Shown here: one piece after another, positions 1 through 11,400 of the stretch
Layout of the letters: each line of letters starts with the position of its first letter
How positions within the stretch are numbered: the first letter of the stretch is position 1
From: Andalucia godoyi And28
Taxonomy: Eukaryota > Protista > Jakobida
Assembly: GCA_009859145.1 (NCBI GenBank)
Contig: VRVR01000001.1
Span: 435,692-499,691 of the forward strand
Direction: 5' to 3'
Length of the DNA stretch: 64,000 bases
Made by a program: the position numbers and the translations under genes
Notes under the pieces: model-generated
Told to the model about the DNA's origin: nothing
What the model saw: only the letters and a program-made list of their open reading frames with translations
Databases searched by the model: none

Positions 1-12
1 AGAGAGAGAGAG

Positions 13-507
13 ATGGAGATAGAAAGAAAGCTGTTTACCTTGGCGTTTATCATTAAGGACAGCAGAATCTTGCTTGGGATGAAGAAGCGAGGATTTGGAG
101 CGAACAGATACAATGGTTTTGGAGGCAAAGTTGAGGTTGGGAAAGAAACCATTCGCGAGGCCACGCAGCGTGAGTTGCAGGAAGAATGCGGAGTCACGGC
201 AGTTGGTTTGCGGAAAGTTGGAGAACTTGAATTCACGTTTGATCCGCAGCATGAAAAAAAGTTGCTTCATCTGCATGTCTATCTGGCGAATGAGTATACA
301 GGAGAGGTCACCGAGTCGGATGAAATGGCTCCAGAGTGGTTTGATCTGTCTGCGATTCCGTTCAGGCGAATGTGGCCTGACGACCAGCTTTGGTTTCCTC
401 ATTTGCTTTCCAACCAAAATTTTGTCGGTCGTTTTCAATTCAGTGATTTCGAAACGATTCTCCATTACTCCGTCGACCTCCGAACGCAATTTCGTCCTGA
501 TGAGTGA
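13..507 (+). CDS. NUDT1: Nudix hydrolase, 8-oxo-dGTPase (MTH1/NUDT1) family
   Basis: LLGMKKRGFG-x-YNGFGGKVE, Nudix box GKETIREATQRELQEECG, and C-terminal IPFRRMWPDD typical of MTH1. Confidence 0.9.
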   Translation: MEIERKLFTLAFIIKDSRILLGMKKRGFGANRYNGFGGKVEVGKETIREATQRELQEECGVTAVGLRKVGELEFTFDPQHEKKLLHLHVYLANEYTGEVTESDEMAPEWFDLSAIPFRRMWPDDQLWFPHLLSNQNFVGRFQFSDFETILHYSVDLRTQFRPDE

Positions 508-708
508 CATCATCCAGAGCTGCGCCCTCGATGGACGAGATCTGTTTGCTGTCATTGTTCATATAATACTGTGCGAGAGATTAGAAAATAAACAAGACAA
601 GGTGAAGAAGAAGAAGCAGCCAGACCGACATCGTTTACCCATCCTGGTTATTCATTTATTTATTTATTATGTTTTTGACTGAACGACTGCAAACCGGCAA
701 TCGATTGA

Positions 709-2484
709 TCATTGGAGGCTGGAGCCTCTGTGCAGGAGTTCAACCAGCCGTGCACCGTGTCGAATTTCCTGAGCGGTAGGCATGCGGCCTTCGCGAACAA
801 GCTCAGCAGCAGCAGCAGCGATGGGGTCCCTTCCGAGCGTAACGACTGCAACGATGGAGCCGGCGCGTTCAAAGTACGCTTCCAGAGTCCACGAATCCGT
901 ATCAAGAGTTTTCAAGATCACAGAATCGTAGCCTGCACCAAGATACCCTACGCACCGCACGGATTTCCCCCACGCAGCGTGCCAGAAAAATGGCACTTGG
1001 TAATACGGCTTCGGACGCACGGGAGGCCGGTGAGCACAGCCAGGCTCCGCGGAACTCAGATTCAAGGATGCAAAAATATGCTGACCAACGCATCGACCCA
1101 TTTGCTCCGCGACAGTCCAGTGTTCGATTCTTGTGTGATGAAGCGGGTCATCGGCAGAGGTGCCGTCGACACACTCCAAGAATGATCGATACGAAGCCAG
1201 TGCAAACGGGAAAGACGCCACATCTCCACAGGCATACACATTTTGGTCCTCCAAGCCGCACACCTGCAAGAACGGATTCACAACGATGCCACTGTTCTTT
1301 GCATCTATGGACACCTTGGGATGTCCTCGGACGAGATCCGTACGTGGCTCGACCCCCGTAGCAAGGATCAGGACATCGCAGTCCAACACGACAGAATTTT
1401 CCAAGATGACTTTCGAAACGCGTTTGCAGCGGCGGCAAGTACCTTCCTCAACAGTCTGCATGTCTCGAATTGTGGTCTCCAGCTGAAACTGGACTCCCTT
1501 TGCGACGGCGAGGCTCATGAGAAACCGTCCAACGTCTTTTCCAAACGTGTTTTCAAAAGGCACAGACGAGCGACCAACAATGGTCACCTTTGCTTCTCGA
1601 GGCGCGGAACGAAACACGGCAGCCATTTCCACTGCAATGAACGACGCACCGAAGATGACAACACTCGACTCCTTTGACTGCACGTTGGCCGCCGCTCTCT
1701 TCGCATCCTCAACCGTTCGAACAGTATGCACATTGCTGCACGAATCCATGAATGAACGGAAGAATGGCGGAGCCTTTGGCGAGCAGCCCGTTGCTAAAAC
1801 CACAAAGTCGTATGGAAACGCCTCGCCGTCCGAGAACTGAACGACTTTCGACGCATAAACAACGGTGGAGACCTTCTTGCCGAGAATCAAGTCGACATTC
1901 AGACATGCCCACTCATCCGGCTTACGCAGCGCAAGTGTTTTTGCATCTGGATCAAACGCCTTCGACACCTTGGGTCGATCATACGGTGCACATGGTTCTT
2001 CACAAACAATAACGATCTTTCCTGCAAATCCACTCGTTCGCAATGCCTCTGCACAAGACGCTCCAGCAGCTCCTCCTCCGATGATCGCCACCGTTTTATC
2101 AGCATGTCTGGCCTTCTTCCTGGTCCCTTGGAAGCTCGCTGTGATTTGCGAAACGTCAACCAAAACGGCGTCTTGCGCAAGATCAATCTGAACGCAAAAC
2201 GTTTGCAGTGGATGTCGACCGGGTGCATCTTCGATGTCTCCTGATTTTGCACTGAAGCACGCACCATGCCACGGACAAACAATTCTATCTCCATTGAGAA
2301 CGCCCTTCGATAGCGGCGCACCGTAATGGGTGCATTTCGCACCGGTTGCGTAAACGTCATTCGAGATGGTCCGAGCAATCAAAATGGATTTGAGCTCTTC
2401 CGTCGCAACCTCTTCCGGAAGCGCAACTTCAGTAAGCGAAGGTGTCGCAAGACTTGAGAGCGTCGCAACTTTCACGAACGCCAT
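709..2484 (-). CDS. AIFM3-like Rieske [2Fe-2S] plus FAD-dependent pyridine nucleotide-disulfide oxidoreductase
   Basis: Rieske motifs CTHYGAPL and CPWHGACF; GGGAAG FAD-binding motif; PYDRPKVSK; GDVASFP; RIEHW; VPFFW. Confidence 0.88.
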   Translation of the reverse strand: MAFVKVATLSSLATPSLTEVALPEEVATEELKSILIARTISNDVYATGAKCTHYGAPLSKGVLNGDRIVCPWHGACFSAKSGDIEDAPGRHPLQTFCVQIDLAQDAVLVDVSQITASFQGTRKKARHADKTVAIIGGGAAGASCAEALRTSGFAGKIVIVCEEPCAPYDRPKVSKAFDPDAKTLALRKPDEWACLNVDLILGKKVSTVVYASKVVQFSDGEAFPYDFVVLATGCSPKAPPFFRSFMDSCSNVHTVRTVEDAKRAAANVQSKESSVVIFGASFIAVEMAAVFRSAPREAKVTIVGRSSVPFENTFGKDVGRFLMSLAVAKGVQFQLETTIRDMQTVEEGTCRRCKRVSKVILENSVVLDCDVLILATGVEPRTDLVRGHPKVSIDAKNSGIVVNPFLQVCGLEDQNVYACGDVASFPFALASYRSFLECVDGTSADDPLHHTRIEHWTVAEQMGRCVGQHIFASLNLSSAEPGCAHRPPVRPKPYYQVPFFWHAAWGKSVRCVGYLGAGYDSVILKTLDTDSWTLEAYFERAGSIVAVVTLGRDPIAAAAAELVREGRMPTAQEIRHGARLVELLHRGSSLQ

Positions 2485-2887
2485 TCGTCACAAAAAAATC
2501 CCTGTCCCCCCCGAAACACAAAAGCAATATGGATGATAATCAGTACACGCAGAAGACAACACTGCATAAATGAACACGTTGATGCAGCAGCAAAGAGACA
2601 TCATCAGGTCCCAACTCGAAACAAAAACAAAACAAAATACGAATTTCCAAAAATATCCAGCTGATAGTCGGGAATTTTCCAAATGGAGGAGTGCTTCGTC
2701 GGAACACTTTACAGAAGAGCAATGAAAAAATAAAGTAGAATATGTGTGGAAAAAAGAACGTTGTAGAGAGAGAAATGCGATGGACTCATCATAATGGCGC
2801 GGACCACGCGGATTTTGATTTATTTATTATTATTTAAACTACCGGTAAAGGAGGCTGGGATTGACAGTATGGGGCAAGGAAAATGGG

Positions 2888-5800
2888 TCATCGAGGAACT
2901 ACACGGGTCTTGAACTTGACGACGCAAGCATCGACGTTGACGCCCATTTCCTTGCTCATGACCGTTCGGAACCTCTTACTTCCCGAGTCGTACTTCAGGA
3001 ACGACTCGACATTGTCCGAGGTGACTTCGGAAGGCAGCACTGCTCCAGCGGCAGTGTGGATGAGAACCGCCTTCTGAAGCACTTCGTCAATGTAGTACAA
3101 GCCGCGGTACGTAGGATGATCCGCATCTCGAATGGCAACGTAGAAATACTCACCGACGTGAGCATCGAGAACTTCGGTAACCTGCGCGCATGCTTGCTGA
3201 TTCACAAATCCAGCGAGACAGACATGCCGAATGGCATTTCGGATAAGTTTCTTGTTCGAAGACGCACCAACGGCAATTCGCTTCAGCTGAGGGGTCGGAG
3301 ACTTGATCGTTTGTGCAGCAGCCCACCGCGGCGGCGGAGGAGTGCCTGCGGCCAATGCAGGATGTCCCGAAGCGGACTGGTGATCATGTTGCGACGTCGC
3401 TGCAGAAGATGACGGCTGGGGAGGCGGCCCAGACTTTGGAGAACGACGTTGCTCGCGTTCCTTTTCCTTTTCCTTTTCACGCTCGAGGATGATTTTATCC
3501 TTCTTCAGTCTTTCTTCGATCATCCGTTGGCGCCGACGCTCTGATTCTCGTTGCATGGCTTCCATCTTGGCTTGATACGAGCGGTCCGAAACCGTGGCTG
3601 CAGCTTCCGAAACGGGAATGGTGATCGAAATCGGTTTGCGCTCCGGAGAAGGAATTTCCGGATCATGGGACTCGGCTTCGGAAACCACGAGATGAGAACG
3701 CAGCAAGTTTTCGTCCGCTTGCTGCTGCTCGGCTTGGAACTGCGCCTCCAATTGTTCATTTTCTTCTCGGACGTACGCAGTCTCCCAATCCGAGTACTGG
3801 GGACCTTCATCCTCACTGGCATGCGGTTCTGCTGTTGCAAAAGAAGAAGCAATTGTATTTTCTGTTGTCGCAGCGGGAGAATCCTGCGGGGACGCAGAAG
3901 GAGAACCAGTCTTTCTTTCCTTCAAAAACGATAGAACCGCGGCCTTCTTCCGTTCTTCAAAATCTCGCTCCAAAGCCTCTCGCTGGCGCCGTCGTTCTTC
4001 CTCAAGCTGTGCCATTTGGGAATGCAGCATGAACCGGAGCCGCTTGTCTTCGTCCGCAAACTTCTGCTCATGTCCAGTGCGACTGTCAGCATTTACGCCA
4101 GTCCCACCACCGCGATGATCGTTTTCGGGTTCCGAAGGTGACGGTAGAACGGGGTCTTTCCGCTCCCATCGACGGCGCGGATGTTGGCGCAAGGGAGACA
4201 TGACAAAATCCTCGGATCGCGACACCGACGCATCCGATGTGTTCCAATCCCCGCTGCTCGAGCCATTTCCGCGATCTTCATCAACCTCAATTCCGAGGGG
4301 ACTGTGAAGCGCGTGTGAGGGATCTTGGTGCGCGTCTCCGTTTCGATGTCTATGGGCATCTCGGTCATCGTCATCGTCATCGTCATCGTCATCCTCATGA
4401 CTGTACTCGGATTCCGGAGGCACGGCGACAACCCCAGAGGATCTGACACTCTTATCCTGGCGATCATCTGCGTAACGCACTCGGGAATCGGAGCGTCGAA
4501 CGGATTCTTCGCCACCTTGCGATGACAACCCATGTGCAGGAAATGCTTGGGATTGCGACGTTGACGGCCGTGAGCGACGTTCAAAAGACACAGAATCCTC
4601 GAAGCGAATTCGCTTGGGAGGAACCGAAACGGACCTCGCGACAGCAGAGACAGAATCATCAAGCCGAGAAGAAAACGAACTGCGCAAGACATCGTCATCG
4701 CTGTTAGAATGCAACAGAGGGGATCGTGACAATCTGCTGCTTGACGACGGAGAGCGGGCATCAGAAAAATTATGGGAACGGTCAGGGGTTGACACATTGG
4801 ATTCCACTGCAAACGGTTCGGAAGAAGAGCGCAACGCCGAACTCCGCGAATATCGGGCATGCAGCTCTTCGTCTCCGTAGTCCAACTCTCGCGGAACATT
4901 TGATCTCTCGTCGTCCTCTTCGTAGGAATTGTCGCTGACTGCATCTTGCAGGTCAGATTTTGGATGGTCGTACTCATCCGGAAAAGAAGATATCATCGGC
5001 TCATTGTCACTATAAGCGTCGCCAACCAGCAACGACGGTCGGTCGAGATCGCGTGCCGAATTCGACACCCCAGAGGTCTTTTCCGCAGCGGGGGACTGCA
5101 GCGGGGAGGCAAGCAGCAGAACATCGTCGGACGTCGAGGACACAGTGGAGCCACGAGTACTCTCAGGTGCCAGCGGTGGATCCGCAGATCGAGCACTGTT
5201 ATTTCCCGATCGACGAGCATGATTCACAGAGGACGTCCGATCTGGAGAGGATGCATGAATGGGAGACGAAGGAACCGGTTTAGGCGATTCCAATCGTTCT
5301 GGACTTGCCTCTCGCGCGCGCTGCGGCCGATCATCATCCTTGAGAGACGACGCAGCCACAGACGGTGCAGTGCGAGGCCGAGTGTTCTGAGAACTGGACA
5401 CATCCTCAGATCGTTCATACGATCGTCGAGCACCAGCATGACGCCTGGATTCAACGTTCTCGGATTCGTTAGCAGTTTTCCGGAGAGAACTCGGCGATCT
5501 GTCACGCGATAATACAGTCGTTGCTGGCTGCGACGGATACTGTCGACTGTCAGAAGCCCGATCATCTCCATGTTGAGAGCCCGCGGATGCTCGTGCAGCA
5601 GTCCTGACAGGAACCGGGGACGAGTTATCCGCCCGGCCGTCTTCGGGTGAGTGCAAATCATGGCCGGAGGAGGCTTGTGGCTTCGAGATTCTGGTTTCAG
5701 AAGAATCTCGAGCAGCAGCGCTTCGGGAAGAAGAAGAAGAAGAAGGACTTGAACAAGCCTTCACAGCAAGTGTGGCACCTTGTCCAGTGCTTGACATAGA

Positions 5801-7402
5801 CTCCCGGTCCTTTGTGCTACGAACTGGTCTGGAGCGAGGAAGGGGATCTGCACTTGAGTAGGATACATTTTTGTGATGACTGCTCTCGGAATGCGAACGC
5901 GACGCTCCATGGTGCGCCGACTTTGAAACGTGCGCCGAATGTGGTCTCCTGCGAGACTCACCTTCGTAGTCACCGTGCTCTGCGACGTCGTTGTGCTGTC
6001 GTGCAGGAGATTCGCCACGAGGAAGGTGTTCAACAGAGTGCTGGGCTTCCAATACAGTCGGTGATTGATGTGCAGAGCTCGCCGACTCGCCCGATGTCCG
6101 TCTACTGTAACGCGACGGCGACTGAGAAAGCAGCTCGTTTGATCGTAGAATTTCCAACTCGGAATCGTAGTCAACCATCCGTGCAGGACTCCGGGCCTTT
6201 CCAGACGGCGAATGGCGTGCTTCAGCAGAGGCTGGTGAAGCTGGGAGCTGCGAATCGTCAGAGGGAATCTGCAGAGCGGAGGAAGGAGAGCCGCCGTTGC
6301 TAGACCTTCTCGATGGAGAATCTGACCACTGCGGTGAAGACTGTGTAGGAGAGGTAAGGATCCGTGATCTGCGTGCTTCTAAATCCTTCCATTTTCGCTC
6401 GAGTTCCGTCAGCCTCTCTTTCTGCAGCTTGAGTTTTTCTTCCTTTGACGCCGATCTTCGCTCTTCTCTCCGCAGCCTAATGGACGTCTGATCATCGTCT
6501 TCAAAGGAAACATGTGGAGATGAACGGCTATCCAATTTTCTTACTGTTCTCCTGTCCTTCAGCCTCAGAAACAGTTCTGCAATAAACATTGTAATATTAA
6601 GCGAAAGTTCCGGTGCAGCATGAATGACATCTTCCGTGGACACAAATACCGGCAGATGGCACACCTCACGAATTGCCTCAAATACAGTGTCCAGTGCGGC
6701 AACTCTGTCCGGAAGCGACCTTGTGACGAGTGATTGCGGAATGAGCGAAGGAAAGTACAGACGCAGGAGCTCCGCCAATGGCTGGACGGCGGAGAGATCG
6801 TGCAAATCGTCGACACGAAGCCAAAGAGACAGCGCATCCTGCAGATCGTACGGCGCTACTTCTTCCATTCCTGATTCCTGGATGTGATGCGCAACTTCCG
6901 TAATGCTGATCGACGACAAATGGTAAGACATCAACGTATCGATGACGGCTTGATGCGCGGATTCATCAAAAGGAACCTGTTTGCAAAGCACAGCAGGATC
7001 GCAAAGCGTATCCAGCAACTTCGTTTCCATCCATTTCGTAACGACGACCATTGTTGTCTTTGCATTTCGCTTCGGCGAAGCCATGTATGCAGCAATAGTC
7101 GTTGGGCATTCTTGGAAAAGGACTTCGCAGCCAAACAAGTACAGCATTCCTGATGCAAGAATGATCCGTACCTGGTCCAGTGACCGGTCATCTTCCGCAG
7201 AAACAACGGTCCAACATAGTCGCATGTCTGGAACAAACGGCGACACCCGGCTCTGGAATCCCTCGGACGTCGTGCCGGACTGGTGAGCCTCCAGAACAGC
7301 AGACAGCAGCCATCGAAATGAAGAGTAGAGTCGAGATCGATGTGCTTGGTACTCGGATGCGCCTCTGAATCGCCTTGCGGTTCCTGTTAATGGAGAGTAC
7401 AT
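2888..7402 (-). CDS. CAMSAP/patronin-like microtubule minus-end protein (CH-like N-terminus, long disordered linker, coiled coils, C-terminal CKK domain)
   Basis: N-terminal PFDESAHQAVIDTLM, PYDLQDALSLWL and NITMFIAELF resemble the CAMSAP CH region; C-terminal KLIRNAIRHVCLAG...YRGLY...FLKYDSGSKRF...VDA is CKK-like. First ATG is at 7402 (ORF track starts at an upstream GTG). Confidence 0.8.
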   Translation of the reverse strand: MYSPLTGTARRFRGASEYQAHRSRLYSSFRWLLSAVLEAHQSGTTSEGFQSRVSPFVPDMRLCWTVVSAEDDRSLDQVRIILASGMLYLFGCEVLFQECPTTIAAYMASPKRNAKTTMVVVTKWMETKLLDTLCDPAVLCKQVPFDESAHQAVIDTLMSYHLSSISITEVAHHIQESGMEEVAPYDLQDALSLWLRVDDLHDLSAVQPLAELLRLYFPSLIPQSLVTRSLPDRVAALDTVFEAIREVCHLPVFVSTEDVIHAAPELSLNITMFIAELFLRLKDRRTVRKLDSRSSPHVSFEDDDQTSIRLRREERRSASKEEKLKLQKERLTELERKWKDLEARRSRILTSPTQSSPQWSDSPSRRSSNGGSPSSALQIPSDDSQLPASPASAEARHSPSGKARSPARMVDYDSELEILRSNELLSQSPSRYSRRTSGESASSAHQSPTVLEAQHSVEHLPRGESPARQHNDVAEHGDYEGESRRRPHSAHVSKSAHHGASRSHSESSHHKNVSYSSADPLPRSRPVRSTKDRESMSSTGQGATLAVKACSSPSSSSSSRSAAARDSSETRISKPQASSGHDLHSPEDGRADNSSPVPVRTAARASAGSQHGDDRASDSRQYPSQPATTVLSRDRSPSSLRKTANESENVESRRHAGARRSYERSEDVSSSQNTRPRTAPSVAASSLKDDDRPQRAREASPERLESPKPVPSSPIHASSPDRTSSVNHARRSGNNSARSADPPLAPESTRGSTVSSTSDDVLLLASPLQSPAAEKTSGVSNSARDLDRPSLLVGDAYSDNEPMISSFPDEYDHPKSDLQDAVSDNSYEEDDERSNVPRELDYGDEELHARYSRSSALRSSSEPFAVESNVSTPDRSHNFSDARSPSSSSRLSRSPLLHSNSDDDVLRSSFSSRLDDSVSAVARSVSVPPKRIRFEDSVSFERRSRPSTSQSQAFPAHGLSSQGGEESVRRSDSRVRYADDRQDKSVRSSGVVAVPPESEYSHEDDDDDDDDDDRDAHRHRNGDAHQDPSHALHSPLGIEVDEDRGNGSSSGDWNTSDASVSRSEDFVMSPLRQHPRRRWERKDPVLPSPSEPENDHRGGGTGVNADSRTGHEQKFADEDKRLRFMLHSQMAQLEEERRRQREALERDFEERKKAAVLSFLKERKTGSPSASPQDSPAATTENTIASSFATAEPHASEDEGPQYSDWETAYVREENEQLEAQFQAEQQQADENLLRSHLVVSEAESHDPEIPSPERKPISITIPVSEAAATVSDRSYQAKMEAMQRESERRRQRMIEERLKKDKIILEREKEKEKEREQRRSPKSGPPPQPSSSAATSQHDHQSASGHPALAAGTPPPPRWAAAQTIKSPTPQLKRIAVGASSNKKLIRNAIRHVCLAGFVNQQACAQVTEVLDAHVGEYFYVAIRDADHPTYRGLYYIDEVLQKAVLIHTAAGAVLPSEVTSDNVESFLKYDSGSKRFRTVMSKEMGVNVDACVVKFKTRVVPR

Positions 7403-7403
7403 G

Positions 7404-7457
7404 ACACTCACTCACACACACACACTCACACACACACACGCACACACACGCACACAC
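7404..7457. repeat. Imperfect (CA)n microsatellite abutting the CAMSAP-like start codon
   Basis: Directly visible. Confidence 0.9.
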
Positions 7458-8474
7458 CCCGACGTTCTCTCAACAATGGACAGATCTACCAGATTATTCC
7501 TTTGTCAAAAACCTAAAACGATATCTGCAAGTGACTGAACAAGCAAGCACATTGCCAGCAAAATAACTAGTCGTTTCATAGACTCCTTTTTTCTTTTATT
7601 TTTTACCACAAATCCGGCGGGCCCATTTTTCTTTTATGCTATTCAGACTATCGTACATTGTCTAACGTACAGCACCATCGACGCTGCTCTCTACAGTGGA
7701 TAAAAGTTTCGCCCAAAACTGTCGGGGAAATTTTTTGTTGGGGATTGCAGAAAACAAACCTCCAACCTGGAAAAGCCGAGAAGAAAAGGAGACACAAGAT
7801 GGGAAGGGGGAGGGCATCAAGCACCATGGAACCCCAAACGGAAAGCCAAAAAAGCAAAAAAGAATAGAATTGAACAATGTTGGTGTCTCCATATTTGCCG
7901 TTTTTTCCACAGCTTTTTCATTTCGTTCATTCATTCTTTTCGTTCGTTCTTTCCTTTGCCTTTTCTCCGTGTACATTTCTCCTTTCTGGTCTGCTCCATA
8001 CAAGAGACAAGGTGTTACTTTTTATTTTACTTTATTTTATTTTTTGTTTTGAATTTTTCAAAGGGGGAAAAAAAAAGCTTTTCTCTTTGATTGCTCATAT
8101 TTAAAAAAAAAGAAAAGAAAAAAAAAAAAAGAAAAGAAAAAAGGAAAGAAAGGAAGGAAGGCATCAGGAAGAAAAGAGAAGAAGAAGGCTCCAGTCCCCG
8201 TATATATTGTACTGTTTGTCTGCACTGTCTGTTTGGTTGTTTTGTCTGCTTGTCTGTTTGTTTTTGTTGTGTGTACATCCTTCATCGCTGCCGAGTTTCT
8301 TCCGTCGTATCTGGATAAGTCTGCTGTTCTTTGATCGCTGATCTTCGTCTATCATCATTATCATTATCATTATCATTATCATTATCATTTCAAATTAGAG
8401 ATTGATTGTTTACATATATACATTAGAGCTTTCCTGTTCATCATCGTTTGTTGTTTGTTGTTTCGCCGATCATC

Positions 8475-11400
8475 ATGACGTCTTCCATTCCTGTCCCCAC
8501 AAAGCGATCCAATGTGTCGTTCTCGAGCGCATCGTCGCCACCGTCAAGCATGTTTGCCTTTTCACCTCCTTCCGGAACAGAGTCTTCTGCACTCTTGTTT
8601 GGGTCGTCGCCTTCTGACATGTTTGCTATGGAGCCGTCCGCCGCCGCAGGGTCCTCGGGGCTTTCAGGAACGCACCCACACTCGAATGCGTCGAGTTCGG
8701 TGTCATCTACAGTGAACACAAGCCATTCGTCGTCCTCGAATCACAGTAATTCCACAGCTCCGCTCGGCGTTTCTTTCGCTTCTACCACCACCAGCACCAC
8801 CCCCATGTCTGCCGCCAACAGTGGGAACGGAAGAAGTGGGAATTTTGGAAAGTCTGCAAGTGGTCAGCAGCAGCAGTCGTCGTCATCCTCGTCGCAGCAG
8901 TCAGTGTACGGTTATCAATCGAGGAAACAGCTGTCGGGGTTTGTACGCCAAAGATCGAATTCCAGAGGGACAAAGGATTTTTCTCTTTCGACATCGCTTT
9001 CGTCGTCGATTGGTAAGGACTTGAGGTTGCTGGATGCGAAGCGATCCCGGTTTGGCGGCGACGACTCTGATCTGGAAGACGAACATGGGAATCCAGAGCT
9101 GGGAATGAATGCGGACATTCCGTTTTACGAACACATGAAACAAATGGACGTGTTTCCGCAAATGGAGATGGATGAACTCAACGTTGGTGAGTTGGAGTCG
9201 TTAAGATATCAAGCGGCAAACATTCTTGCTGCACAGCACAATTCTGGACTGCTGGCGGCACCTGGAAATGGATTTTCAGACTTGCTGACCGTGTTTGGGC
9301 ATATGGATGTCTGGAACCAGTCGCAAGAGGCCGTGGGGTTCAGCGCGAATGTTTCCGGCACCGGAGCATCCGGGGCATCGTCGACTCTTGGTTTTTCCAA
9401 TGCTGGACCCATTTCGACGTCCCACAACCAGAGTAATTCCGGTGCATCCACAGCCTCTTCCTCCAATTCCGGATCAACCAATCCAAGCAGTTCGACGTCG
9501 GGAGGCAGCTCGCAGTCACTTGGAACCAATTCAAAAGGGAAATCATCTGCGACTTCCGCGCAATCAGGTGTTCCGCTTCCAAATTCGTCCACTGTGGTTG
9601 TTTCCAGTGCAAATTCCTCGACGACAATGACTTCCACATCGTCATCATCATCGTCATCATCATCGTCATCGTCGTCATCGTCATCATCGTCATTGTCATC
9701 GTCGTTGTCATCAGCACCTGCTGCGCCTACACCTGTCTCAACTTCGTTGAAGAACAACAAGAAGCAGGTCAGAAGGAACATCATAGCCAGCACTCGACCC
9801 GAGTCTGATGATGATTCGACGGAGGGCAACAGCGCTGCTATGGATCTTGACTATGGTGAAGGAAAAAGAAGCGAGGACGAGGAAGAGGTAGGGTCTGCGG
9901 GCGTTCTCGCTTCAGCATCATTCCAGAATATGCGCCTGTCAACGCCTAAGAAGACGTCTAGCAGTGTATTTTCGAATGCGGTGCACAGCAATGCTTCAAC
10001 CACAGCTGGTGTAAGTTCTCAAGGGCATTTCAATGCAGCTAACGATCACATGAAGTATTCGTCTGCTGTGGCTTCAGGCATCGCTGCAGGCGGCGCAGCT
10101 GTTTCGTCTGCGGGTTCGAGTGCCCCGATGCTTTTGTCGCATGGAAGTGCTTCGGCAAGCGCTTCTACGTATTCGTCTTCTGGTGGATCTACTGGATCAG
10201 GTTCCGGGTCTTTGTCATCCTTGGCAGACTCCACAGGTGCTTCTGGGCAGAATTCGTCCTCCCTGGTGCCGCCGCTGACTCTTCACACCTCCGCTTCCTC
10301 TGCGTCCATGGATGATGACGAGGACTCTCCACGCAATTCGAATGCACAGGTGCCCATTGGCCCAGACGGTGAGATCGACATCAGGCCCGACGACGATTCT
10401 TTTTCACAGTCCCGCCTTGCCGAGTTGTTTGGACTGCCTGGCAGATTCCGAGATTACAAGCGATCGTTGTTTGATAACCACAAGATGAAGCAACCGCAGC
10501 TCGATTTCATGGACCAGGATGTTGAGCATCGAGAATTGTGTTTGCGGTTGCCTCACCGGATCACGGCCGCGCAATTTGCCGCTCGTATTATGCTCATGGC
10601 CTTTCATTTTGCACTCCGAGATGGGAGACATCCGTCTTTTTGGAAGAAGCTTGCGCATGCAACGTTATTTAGGTGTATCTCCGATGACGTTCGTGTCCGT
10701 TTCGATCCTGCAGTGGGTGTCGCATCATACAACTTTTGGGCTGCCGGTTCCGAATACAAGTCGTCGGTGGATCGTGCGCAGCGAGATGCGGTCAATTTCG
10801 AACTGGGGCTTCGTGGGATTACGAGTCTTCACACTTCCAATGGCAGCGCGGCGGTTGCCTACAAGCAAATGCTGCTTCGGGAACGCGAAATGGGTATTCG
10901 AAAGGAGGATGATGACTCTCCGGAGTTGAAGCTTGGTGCACCGGGTCTTCGGTTTGCAATGCCGCATGCAAATGGTGGTGGGTCGAGTCTTTCTTCAGTT
11001 TCGAATATGGCATCACTTGCGCACGATTCTGAACCCTCAGAATTACCAGGATTTTCGTCCGGTGCTTTGGCAAGAGAGACAATGCCGCCTCCACCGACGA
11101 CAGCCGTGGCTCACGGGTCGATGTCTTCGCCTCCTCATGAATCAGTCGGCGCAAATTCGTCTGCGATGATCTCTATGCCATACGGCCCCGGTGGCAACAG
11201 CCACAATGCGTCGCCTCCGTCATCGTCATCGTCATCGTCTCCGTCTTCGGGCCCTTCTCAGAGTTCAACGTCAATACTGAACTCTGTTCCGCACGGGGGA
11301 TCATCTGCATTTCCGACATCCTTGCAATCATCTGCACCAGGAATGAATACCTTTGGAAATGCGCCAGTACCTGTGTCTGGCTCTTCTGCAAGTCTGTTGC

